Below, one piece after another: positions 1 through 11,000 of a stretch of 64,000 bases of DNA; the first letter of the stretch is position 1; the number at the start of each line of letters is the position of its first letter. Source of the DNA: Rebecca billardiae RCC1528 (Eukaryota > Protista > Haptophyta). The translations under genes were made by a program, and so were the position numbers. The stretch is from NCBI GenBank assembly GCA_965240325.2, contig OZ251222.1, forward strand, positions 2,108,001-2,172,000, written 5' to 3'. The notes under the pieces are model-generated. The model was given only the letters and a program-made list of their open reading frames with translations. It ran no database searches and was not told where the DNA came from.

Positions 1-339
1 AGACCCCTGATCCGGCATGACTGTGGCCTCGCGGCCGACGACTTGCTGTTGCACGCGCTCGGCGCCACGGCCGCCGCCGAGCAGCACTCCTGGCCCGTAC
101 CCGAAGTCGAGGCAGGCGAGGGGCGCTCCCATAGCAAAGCGGCCACACTCGGAGAACACGTTGAGATGCGGCGGCACCTCGCGCACCACGAGCCTGTCGC
201 TACTCGGGTCATGCCCGAGCACGAGCACGCGCAGGCCGTTCAGCTCGGGCCGCGCTGACAGGCCGCGCAGACGCGCAAATCGGCCGATAGGGTGCACCAT
301 GCGCGCGGGCTGGCACGCGCTGATGGTGAGCGCATCCAT
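1..339 (-). CDS. 5' part of a hypothetical protein running off the window start
   Basis: Manual translation from ATG 339 gives an open frame to base 1 (MDALTISACQPARMVHPIGRFARLRGLSARPELNGLRVLVLGHDPSSDRLVV...). The 'GLxxRPELNG' motif is a small domain common in algal proteins. Confidence 0.55.
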   Translation of the reverse strand, partial: MDALTISACQPARMVHPIGRFARLRGLSARPELNGLRVLVLGHDPSSDRLVVREVPPHLNVFSECGRFAMGAPLACLDFGYGPGVLLGGGRGAERVQQQVVGREATVMPDQGS

Positions 340-1480
340 GTGGCGATGGCCCGCGGGGGCGCGCGTGTCGTGCGCATCGAGCGACGGAAGCATAGATCTC
401 GTCGGCGGTAGAAAGCAGGGCGAGGTGGCGAGGGGTGCGGGCGCAAATGGGGGGTGGCGGGCTCTTCGGCGGGAATCTAATTAGTGATGGGTGTTCGATG
501 GGCTGTGAGGCGAAGCGAGGCAATTTTGGGCCTCATAGTTAGCTACCCAGGCAATCAAGCTCGACGAATGAGCGCGCGGCTGATGGTAAGACAACATGCA
601 TCACCGACTACACAACATGCACACGATACTATGCGTGATACGACCGCCAGCAACTACAGTATTTACTCACTGACTGGGTACCCCGCGTTACAACGGCCTG
701 CTCGAGAGCTGTGTGCTAGGCGCCCGCGGGCATGAGACTAGGCAGCGGCCGTTACGGGCTGCCTACTGGGCAAATACTCAATTAGCCCGCATACCGAACT
801 GTGCGCACGACACTCGGTCGATCGCGTTATTTAACGCCGTTGCTGGCATCGTCCTCGTCAAGGTCAGGCCGAGTGGCCTGACAGCTTACTGCTTACTACT
901 GGACTTAAACTGGTCAATAGACAATACATCACAGTACACGTACAGCCAGACAGTACGTAGACACTCGACAGTCATCACAGTACCATTGGCGCACACGGCA
1001 TAGCTTGAGCTGGCTCGGACGCACCGGGGATGACCCGCATGCGGCATGACGGTCGCGCCCGGCCGGCTCAGAGTCAGACCAGACGTTAAGCTACTGCTAC
1101 TACGAGGCCTGAGTTAATATACTGACCGGATCACGTTAAGCTGCATGCTACAGTACCGACTACGATGGCGCCAATGAGTGAGCCACGGACCCTAGTAACT
1201 ACGGTCGGCACAGCGAAGCAGACGCGACGAGCCCGATCGAAGTCAACTGACCGCACATGGCACATGGGGCCCGCGCGGCAGGGCGGCGGGCGCCGGCGCC
1301 CGGACCCTGTGGCCTGTGTAACTGCTCGTCAATTACGGCAATAATCGATCATTCAATCGTGACTCGGTGGACTGCAATCGCGTCGATAATAATCATCATC
1401 ATGCATGCGCGCGAATATGCTCCGATGGCGGTGAGATTGCTCGTGATCGAGTCGTGCACGACTGAGACCGAAGGCGATCG

Positions 1481-3268
1481 TCATAATGATGCCAGCTCGT
1501 TCACCGGCGCGCTGTGGCGGTGGTGGGCTGGCATCGCCGCCACATTGCCTGCGGTCCCGCTGTGACCATCTGCCACCGCGCAGCCGCTGACACTGATAGC
1601 GGCGTCATCGACCGCATCAAAGTAGGTCGCGCTGTCAACCCGCCTGGGCTGCGCCTCATCACCGGCGGGCGCAGCCTCCGCGGCCTCGGCGCTGACAGGG
1701 ACGGGGCCCACCTCGGGCGCCTCGCAGCCACCTGCTTGGCATTCACTGCTCGTCTGACCGCACGTGTAGCAGAAGCCCGTGCCACACCTGCACGTGATCG
1801 TATCGCACCCGCCATTCTTCTCGACGGGCGTGGTGCACGTCGGGCAAGGCTTGGTGTTCCGCTGCGCCCACTCGTGGAACAAGCCCTCGCTGTCTGCGCG
1901 TGCGCACCCGCGCCACGATGGGAGCGGGAGGTCAGCCGAAGTTGGGGAGGGGTGTACTAGTAGCACGCCGCAGGGGACGGCTGGGCGACGCAGTGTGACG
2001 GTGCTGCGCAGTGCTCACGAGGCCCTTGCGCCATGCTGGGGCGCGCACCGTGCATGTTCATCTGGCCGAAGGGCGAGAGCAGCAACTCGACAGCAGCTGA
2101 CACGTCCCCGCGGGTCACGCACAGGGCCTTGCGAGCCTCCATCGGCTCGATAAAGCCCATCTCGGCGAGCATACTCAGCTCGGCCACGTAATGATCCTCG
2201 TCGACGTGATCATCGTGCTCGTCCAACTCATCGGCCACGGGTGGCGCGGAGGCGACAGGCGATGGCACGCCATGCGCCTCAGGAATCGCGGCCACGTCTG
2301 CATGCGCATCACCCAGCTCGGTAACGGCGACAATCGGGGTGGTAGGCACGTCGAGCTCGTCATGGGCGGGGACGTCTGTTGAGGCCTCGGGCGCCCCACC
2401 GCCAGCCATGACTTGCCCACCACCGTCCCCACGTCAGGCCGTCCACCGGGCGGCGGCGGCCTTTCTGAGCGGGGCGGACAAGGCAGACCCAGCCGGAGCG
2501 GCGGCGGCTGCCGCCTGCCCAGGCCGGAGCTCCAGAGCGGTGACTTTGACCAATTCTATGATTTAAAGACACAGGCACGAGGGCGCAGCTCTCCTGATTC
2601 GTCTGTCGAAGTACTGATTGGAGACAGAGGGTGTGAGCGCGTTGGCCGCGGGTGAGGACGTAGTCGTCGTCGATGCCGGATCACACGGAGGAAGTAGGTG
2701 CCCAGGGATGCCGCTGAAGTATTTGCAGTCGTCGCCAGCCCTTGGTCATCATGTACTTGTACGCGTCGACGTTCCGAGGCCGTGTTCGAGTTGCGGATGC
2801 AGTGGTGCAGATAGTGGATGGGGTCGCCCTGGCCGGTGTGCGCGGCCTTGGTCTTGCCGAGTTGCGGAAGTAGTCGCCCTTGCCGTTGAGGAAGTCGTCG
2901 CCCTGGCCGTTGACGAGGAAGTCGTCGCCCTGGCCGTTGAGGAAGTCGTCGCCCTGGCCGCTGAGGATGCCTGCGCTGCCCAACCGGGCACGTCTGGCGC
3001 GCCAGCGCCGCGCGCGGCTCTACGCCAGCGACGGCGGCACGGCGGCAGCCGGATCACGGGGGGCAGCTGCAGCGGCGCTGGGGCCTGTCGTGTTCGGCAC
3101 GCGCAGGCTGTTGGCCAGGCGGTCGCAGGTGTCCATGTTCTCGAGCACCGAGCCAATGGCGGGGGGCGTACTTGCTTTTGAGGTCCCGGGTGAGTCCTTC
3201 CAGCTGCCGCCCGCCGTACGAGTTGGTCGCCACCGGTTGGCCAGGACGCGCGCGGGCAGCTTGACCAT
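1481..3268 (-). pseudogene. Disrupted or unusually spliced RBR-type E3 ubiquitin ligase-like gene (UBA + Rcat/RING2)
   Basis: 1481-1966 encodes an Rcat domain (TKPCPTCTTPVEKNGGCDTITCRCGTGFCYTCG) and 1957-2409 a UBA domain (LSMLAEMGF...ARKALCVTRGDVSAAVELLL). The upstream pieces (MVKLP.. at 3268, ..AHTLCLQS..) are broken by in-frame stops and frame changes. Confidence 0.55.
2866..2964. repeat. Minisatellite, four ~24-bp units (GGAAGTCGTCGCCCTGGCCGTTGA)
   Basis: Visible tandem units; one carries a 3-nt insertion. Confidence 0.85.
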
Positions 3269-3415
3269 CGCCGTAGCCGCCTGCTGCTTGGCGGTGGGGT
3301 CGGGCCGGTCGATTTTTCGCGGAGGGGAAAAACAAAGGCAGGAAACAAAGACGCACCAGGGCGCGCGGCGGGCCGGCGTGCGGACTGCGGCCTCGTCTTC
3401 GGCTTGCCGGCAAGC

Positions 3416-4216
3416 ATGCTCGCCGCATCGGTCCTCGTCGCGCTCGGCGCGAGTCGTGTGATGACGGCATCGCAGCCCTTCAGCGCTGTCTCAATGGCGA
3501 GAGCAGCGCGTCCTCGGGCTGCCGCGCAGGCGAACTTCCTGCTTGACCTGACCACGCCGTCAGGTGTTCCGAAGGACTCGGCGGCCGTCCGCGCTCAGGC
3601 GGTGGCTGGCGTCCGTGCAGCGCTCCGCAGCGGCAAGTCTCCGCGCTTCTTCGAGGTGGAGTTCCCTCCGCTACAGCAGCTCAACAAGCTGGGCGACGGC
3701 TCACGGGCGTCACAGCAGCTCGTCACGCGCGTCAATTGCGATGTCGCCCTCCAGCTGGCGGGCGCCGTGGGAAACGCCGTGATTGCCACCTGCGGCCGGG
3801 ACCAAGAGAGCGAGCTCGCGAAGCGCGCGCGGGGCAAGGCAGTCCTCCCACTACGAGACGTGGAGAAGAGTGCCCCCAAAGGAGCCGCAGTCGTCGTCAT
3901 CGGCGTGGCAGATGGCTCGCAGTGGGCGGCGGCCGAGGCGCTCGCCAAAGCCGGCCGATCCGTCGTCGTCGTCAACGCGTTCACCAACCACGGCTACAAC
4001 GGCGTGGAGCATGCGTACTACTTCAAGCCGATCACCGCGTACAGCTCGGTGGTTGGCAGCGTTGTGCGGCGCTACCCCGGCGCCTACGAGCCCTTCGACA
4101 GCCGCGGCCAGCCCATCCGCTCGGTGGACGTGCCCCTGGCACGCCAGGGTGGGCTGGTGCAGCCGGACCTGCGCGCTGTGCAGCTGTACTGCCAGGACAA
4201 GTTCAGGTGGAAATGA
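3416..4216 (+). CDS. DUF1995 / LPA3-like plastid protein
   Basis: 'RFFEVEFPPL' and 'VVRRYPGAY' motifs of DUF1995. The N-terminus has a hydrophobic signal peptide (MLAASVLVALGA) followed by an Arg/Ala/Ser-rich transit-like stretch. Single exon. Confidence 0.8.
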   Translation: MLAASVLVALGASRVMTASQPFSAVSMARAARPRAAAQANFLLDLTTPSGVPKDSAAVRAQAVAGVRAALRSGKSPRFFEVEFPPLQQLNKLGDGSRASQQLVTRVNCDVALQLAGAVGNAVIATCGRDQESELAKRARGKAVLPLRDVEKSAPKGAAVVVIGVADGSQWAAAEALAKAGRSVVVVNAFTNHGYNGVEHAYYFKPITAYSSVVGSVVRRYPGAYEPFDSRGQPIRSVDVPLARQGGLVQPDLRAVQLYCQDKFRWK

Positions 4217-4765
4217 GCCCGGCTGACGGGTAGGGAGCCACGAAGGCCCACGCGGCACTGGGCTCTGCTGACGTTATCTGCTGGCGCATGCCGACCCAAC
4301 CGCATCCGGCATCGACGATGCCGAGCCGCCCGCCCACTGTGGGCTGGCTGTCATGCACTGCACTCAGCGCTAGCTGAGTGCTGAGTGGCGCTGCACTGCA
4401 CTCATCTGTCATCAGCCACTGAGTGCTGAGTGCTGTCTCGGTCACTGAGTCTGAGACTCAGACAGCATCAGTCTGATGAGATATAAACCGCCGCGCGCGA
4501 CTGCTAATAATAAGTAGTAGCTAAGACCTGCTAACTAGACACATAGAATACATACCGGACGATAGTATGCCCGCGTCCGGGCCGCCCATATCAGACTCAG
4601 TTTAATTTATTTACGGGCGGCCACCATTATTCATTTATTAAAGCGCCCAAACAGCCGCCCGGAACAGCGAACTCCCGCAACTCGGATTGACGACAGTCAT
4701 CGACTCTGGCGATGCGGCCGATGCGCTGATGGCGGCGACGCCGCTGACACAGACACTCGGCGACG

Positions 4766-7131
4766 TCAGGACCTGTCGCTGTTCCGGGCGTGCCGCATCC
4801 TGCCGCTCATGCTCGAGGCGCCGCTCCCAGGAGACTCGCCGACGCCCGGCGATGTCCCCTGGCCGGGCGCCGGCGAGTTCACGGGTGCGAGTCGGTACGG
4901 CCGTCCTCTGCTCGCCGCGCTGCACGCGGGGCTCTCCAGGTGGATCGACGGGCAGCTGCCGGACGCGCCCAAGGCGCGCAGCGCCTCTTCGCCCGTGCGC
5001 CCGCGGCAGGGGGGCACATCCAGGTCCGCAGAGGTGGCACCAGGGTCTCGGCGCACGCGCACCGGGACCGCGCCCGCGGACTGCTGCCGAGGGAAGGGCG
5101 GGCGCACCGCCGCGCCGCCGGCTGCTCTGGCCTGCCCGGCGTGCGCAGCGGGGCCCGCGCCGCGCGCCGCGCTAGCCGCCGCAGGCTCGTGCCCATGCGG
5201 CGCGCCCCGCGCGCGCGAGTCGATAGCAGGGAGGGGCTGCCAGGAGCCCATGCTGCTCGGGCCGCCTCCGTCGTCGCCGCCGCCCGCGTCGCCGCTGGCC
5301 CCAGCCGCGAGGTCGCGCTGCGGCATGACGCGAACCGACGCCTTGTGGCTCACGGGCGCGCTCGTCGCGTGGCACGAGCGCGAGCGCGTGCGCAGCCACG
5401 TGCCAGCGACCGAGCTCGCCGTCTCGCGAGCAGCCGTGTCCGCGCCCGTGGCGCGCGCAGGCAGGTCTGGCTCGCGGAAGCTCGCGAGCTGCTCGGCGCG
5501 CGAGCGAGCGTCTCTCGTCAGCACAAAGATCCTGCGCGCGTGGCGCGGCGCGACGCGGCGCGAGGTCGCATGAGAGCGCGCAGCGCGCGGCGCCGCGGCG
5601 CCGCGTTCCCACGCGCGCTCCTCCCAGCGCGCGCGCGCTCGCGGCTCGTCCCCGCGCTCTCGCGCCGTGCACGCACCTGTCTGACTGGCGGACGAGGCGC
5701 GCGGCGGGCGGGTTGATGAACACGTACGAGAGCGCCGGTCGGTCCTCGGTCACGCCCGTCTCGCGCGGGATCAGCGTGGTGATCGCTGCGATCACGGTGC
5801 GAAGCTGCTTGGCGCGGTCCTTGTCCTTCCGCTCCTTCTCACGCTGCACCTTCTGCCAGTACGCCTGCCCGCGGCCGGGGCTGGCGGGGAGCGAGGGCGG
5901 CTGCTCGTCCATCGGGCAGTACAGCCCGATCACGAGGTACCCCTCCGTGACCATCCGCGTGAACAGCTCGCCGAACGAGATCTCGCCGTACAGCTGCGGC
6001 ACGGGCAGCTGCTCGATGCCGGGTGTGTGCGCGTCGCCCACCAGGTTCTTGAGGATGGCGATCAGCAGCGGCATATAAAAGTTTGCCGTGACCATCGTGC
6101 ACGCCATCTCGTCCGCGTACGCCGAGCCCGACGCGATGGCGGGCGACTGGAGGAACGTGGTGAACGAGTCGACCGACGGCCACCACTCGCGGCCGTCGTC
6201 CACGAAGCGCACGTTCTTCAGGTCGTCCAGCTCGGTGAGCAGCTGGCACGGCCGCTCGCGCCGCGCGTTGAGCTCGGGCGTGTTGAGGAAGTTGCGGATC
6301 TTTGCGATCGCGAGGACCGCGTGCGCGTCGCCCGGCGGCTCGGAGTTCGGGTCGCGCTTCGCGAGGTCCTCCCCGCCGAAGAGCACGGCGCACGACGCGT
6401 ACCCGAGCCCGGCGCGCGCCAAGTCCGTCTCGTCCAGCGCGGAGCCGCGCACAAAGTGCGTGCGCGCCGTGAGGCGCAGCTCCGCCATCGACTCGCCGTC
6501 GTCGTCAGGCTCGGCGGGGGCGAGCACGACGAGTGTGTGCGAGCACAGGTGCGAGGCGGTCTCGAGGAGCACGCCCAGGTTGCCCGGCCAGCCGCACACC
6601 AGGATGAGCTGCTCGGCGACCGCGAACGAGCGCACGTCGTGCATCACCACCTCCTCCAGCGGCCGCAGCGCGCCCTCGCCCTCGCCATCCGTGCCGTCGA
6701 GCGAGGCCGCGTAGTTGGCGGCCGCGGAGCGGCTCGAGCTGCGCACCCAGCTGAGCGTAGACGAGGGCGCCTCCTCGCCGACGAGCGCGAGCGGCGCGAG
6801 CGGGCGGTGCACCAGCGCCGAGGCCGCCTCGGCGCTCGCGCGCGCCGCCTCCGCCTCCGGCACGGACGGCTCGACGCGCCACGATGGCCGCCGGCTGCCG
6901 CCGCCCACGTGGCCCTCCGGGGCAGCGGCCGAGAGCAGGTTGCGCGCGCCCTCGCCGCCGAAGAGGATGGTCTCGTTCGTCCACTTGTGCCCGTGCGAGA
7001 GCATGGGGCGTGGCGGCTCCGAGCCCGCCGAGGAGATGGGCGAGCCGCTCGGCGCCGCGCTCGAGCTCGCAGTCGCCGTCGCGCCGCCGCCGCCGCCGGC
7101 GGCGGCGCCGCCGTTCGCGCCGCCGCCGTTG

Positions 7132-7165
<34 letters not shown>

Positions 7166-9296
7166 GCGCGTCGATCGAGGACTGCCGGCGCGAGGCGGGG
7201 CGCACCTCGAGGCCGAGGCGCATGCGCGCGCGCGCGATCGCGCTGCGGTCTGGCGGCCTGCGCTTGAGCTGCTCGAGCGCGTCGGGCCCGTCCGCCAGCA
7301 CCACGAGCTCCTCGCCCGCCGCCACCTCGCGAATACTCGGGTTCAGGCCGAGCCAGCGTCGCGCCGAGTTGGCGACGCCGAGCACCAGGACCTCGCCCTT
7401 GAAGAGCTCGTAGATCGCGAGGGCGCACACGCCGAACGGCTCGCCCGCGAGCGCGTCGGGCACCATCGTCGTGTACAGCTCCCACTGCCACGAGCGCGCG
7501 TACTCCTCGCCCCACGCCTCGCCGCCCTTGAGCGTCGCCTCGTCGACGTCCGAGTCGTCGTCGAGCAGAAAGAGCGCCGAGATGACGGTGGAGAGCCCGT
7601 TGCACCCGGCGGCGCACTTGCCGAGGAGCTGCATCTTGAGCACGGACTGCGCGATGATGTACTGCACGCCGAGCGCCTGCAGCGTCTTCGCGTGCTCGTC
7701 GCGGTTGAGCTGCACCAGCATGCGCGGCACCGTCTTGCGAGAGAACTTTGCGAGCGCCAGCGCGGTGAGCGTCGCGCGCTGGTCCGCCTGCCGTTGCGCG
7801 AGGCCGGCCTGCTCGGACGAGGCGACGACGAAGACGGCGATGGCGGCGTTGAGCCCGAGGCGGTCGATCAGCGAGAGCTCGTTCGAGAGCACGTCCCCGC
7901 GCATCAGGCACACGCGCCCGCCGTACTTGCGCACGTACGCGGCCGTGTCGTATTCCTCGAGCGCGCGCGACGTGAGCACGAGAGCGCGCGGCTTGTGGCC
8001 CGCGCGGAAGGCGCCGCCGCCCGCCTCGGAGTGCGTGGCGGAGAAGCGGCCGTACAGGTCGCGCAGGAGGAGGTCGAGCTGGTGCGGCACGATGTCGCCG
8101 ACCATCACGAAGCGCGGCGCCCCCTGCGGCGGCAGCAGCCCCATCCGGCGCTTGGGCGAGCTCAGCAGCTGCGCCAGCTCGCTGAGCGTCGACGGCACGG
8201 TCGTCATCACGAGGAGGATGCAGCCCATCGCGACCCAGCGCGTGAGCTTCTGCGTGGGCGCCCAGTCGCCGTAGCCCGTCGTGCTCATCGTGATGAACAT
8301 GAAGTACAGAAAGTCGCTGTACGCGTCGAAATGCACGGCGTGGTCCGGCGCCTCGGCCTGCGGGCGCGCGGCGCAAAGCGACGGCGCGGGCCGCGCAGCC
8401 GGTCGCCGCGGATGGGCGGCGCGTCGGCGACGGTGGCGGGGAGGCGAAGCGCGGCACGCGTGGCGCGGCGCGCGGCGCGCGTCCGAGCTGCGCGGGCGCA
8501 CCTCCCAGAAGAATCCGGCGAAGAACAGCGTGATCCCCGTCAGCTTGACCAGCGTCTGCACCGCGAGCACGGTCACGTCGTTGCGGCCGTGCAGCACAGG
8601 CGCGTATGCGCGCGTGTCGAGCAGGCCGAGCATGCGCGCGTAGCCGAAGCGCGCCCAGAGCCGGACGAACGAGCCCTCGCGCACGATCGCGCTGAGTAGC
8701 AGCACCGCCGGCGGCGAGAGCAGCAGGTCCGTGACGAATTCCGCCGAGATGACGTACAGCGCTTTGCGCGGCGCGGCCGCAAAACCGACGCAGAGATCGA
8801 CCGAGATCACGACACCCATCGCGGCGTTGAGGTAGGTGAACCACTCGGGCACGGAGACGTCCCACACGTCGTCGGGCGAGTCTCTCGTCATGTACTGCAC
8901 CTCCGCCAGGTACGCGACGCACCAAAGGAAGCGCGTCATCAGCCGCACGAGCCGCCGCCCCTCGTTGGGGAGCACGTGCCAGACCGAGCGCGCGATCTCG
9001 TTGAAGGCCATGTCGCACACGGCGCGGCCGTAGCGCGCGCGGTTGATCTGCACGAGCGCGAGGCTGTACATCACCCCCACCGCGAGGTACGAGACGAGCG
9101 CCGTGAGCGTCACCCCGATCACATGCGTGACCGGCAGCGAGGGCCCCACGACCTCAAAGTGCAAGGCGATGAAGCCGACAAAGAACGCCGCGGAGATGGG
9201 CACCGACTTGGCGGTGCGTAGTCGGCGCAGGCTCTGAGACAAGGCTATCTGCCTCGCCGAAGGCCTGCGCTCAGGCTCCCCCCCTTCCTCCCCCAT
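4766..9296 (-). CDS. Slo/BK-family (calcium-activated-type) potassium channel, 3 exons
   Basis: TM segments, pore 'FMFITMSTTGYGD' and two RCK domains (RVCLMRGDVL; LILVCGW; HFVRGSALDETDLARAG; TELDDLKNVRFV). Inferred introns are 8358-8501 and 5532-5676 (GTGCG..CGCAG); the last exon reads DRIFVLTRD.. to the stop at 4766. Confidence 0.9.
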
Positions 9297-11000
9297 CCAC
9301 CCTCCCAGCGCCCGCGCGTCCCAACGTGCGAGCTTTGTGTGGTAGCAGGGGCGGCCTGCCCAACCACCTCACCCTTGACGGAGAAGGGATGGGGGCGAGC
9401 AGGGCTGGAGCCAGCCCTGGTTAGTTCGAGGTTGAAACTGTTCGCGAGAGCCGGCCACCTGTGCTTACCAGCTTACCGCACGTGCGGGTACGGTTCCTAC
9501 AAACCCGTAATTGAAAGGCCGGCCGGTTGGGCACCAGCCGTCAACAATTTACCTATTTACGAACCAACAGGTCCATAATCGACGAACCAACACCCATGGA
9601 CCCGGCCGTGGCATCTGGTGCTGCGAGTCGTTGGCGGTCGGCGTGGCTTTCCGGCGGCGCGCGACCACACCCGCCAGCGCACGTCTCGTTGGCGAGTCGG
9701 GCGACCCAGTAGCGCTGGCTGCGTCTGCCCGCGGAGCCACCGGGCAGGTGGCATACGCGCTCTGCTCACGATGGTGCTCGTGCGTGAACGGCGTCGCGCA
9801 TCGCCGCGCCGGTCTAAGCGCGCGAGCTGCGAGGCACTGAGTCTGAGCTCTGCACGAGCGTGGACGTCACGCGCGCACGCGGCCGCACGAGTGCCTTGCA
9901 GCTCGCGGCGCGCGGCGCGCGCGTGCGCTCGTACGACAATGCATAGATGCTGGCGCAGTCGCCCGGCCTGCGCGCGGATTAGTTGATGAGTGACTACGTA
10001 GTCTTAGGATGAGACTGCTGAGACTGCTGATGAGTGATGTTGGCGGACGAGTCTTGACTCAGCCTGCTGGGGCTAGAGGGCGGAGTGGAGGGCCCCGCTG
10101 ATGCATGCTCATGCCTCACAGCAGAGTTGAGCCTACCGGCGTGCCGCAATGCACTCCGTACTACGCAGTATCTACTACCGTTGTATAACATCGGAGAGCT
10201 CTACTTAGTAGGACTAGGAGTCTCAGTGACATGCTGAATACTCGTACTAAATAAAGTAACCGTGAGGATCTGATCATGCGCGCAGTGACTGCAAATATGC
10301 TGCCGCCCGAACAGCGCGCAGCAGCATTAACATATTACAATAATAGGCTGCTCAGCGGCACGGCGCGCCGCCGGCTGCCTGACTGCGTATGCTATTGAAC
10401 GGTAAGTGGCTCGGGTTACACTTACAGTAGCCAGCCGCTGCTGGACCGTCGTGCAGCACTTCCTAGGCTGAGGTCTGCTCCTGCGGCACGGTCACCGTTG
10501 GACTATGGAGACCGACTCAGACTTCAATAAGCTAGAGACGGAGTGTCCGAGCCGAGCAGTCCGCCAGACGTCGTAGTAGTAGCAGCTGCTATATCAGGGC
10601 ACGCCGCCGACTGCTACTGTCACTGACCGGGCTCACTGACGGACACTGACCCGCCACCCATCACTGTCAAGTGTCAGGGCGGGCCGGCCGCAGCCTGCCA
10701 TGGGACACTGGGGCATGACAGCGGAGACTCTCGGGCACTGCGGTGAGTGTGACTGGCAGCCATCGGGCATCGGCGCCGAGACTCACTCTGGGTCGGAGCC
10801 GGCTGTGCACAGCCGGTCCGCGATCGCGCCCGGTCTGCTTGGTGCAGACTTCATCGTCACAATAATCATCGTCACCTGCTGCATCATCATGCATTCTGAC
10901 GACATACGACCGGCCACCAGGCAGGCTGATGGCTGATGCGGCAGGCCCCGCTGCCCGCAGCCAGCCCGGATGGTTCAGGCGGGTCGGAGCCGCAGGACCC

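Noticed and set aside
6027-8699. Long antisense or alternative-frame ORFs (e.g. 6027-8699 +, 32775-35249 +, 54284-56311 -, 23089-24318 +)
   Set aside because: Shadow ORFs of real genes; stop codons are rare at this GC content, and the translations are Arg/Ala/Gly-rich with no domains.
9400-9419. Perfect 9-bp hairpin CAGGGCTGG-AG-CCAGCCCTG upstream of the K+ channel
   Set aside because: Single short palindrome with no TSD or second copy; could be chance.
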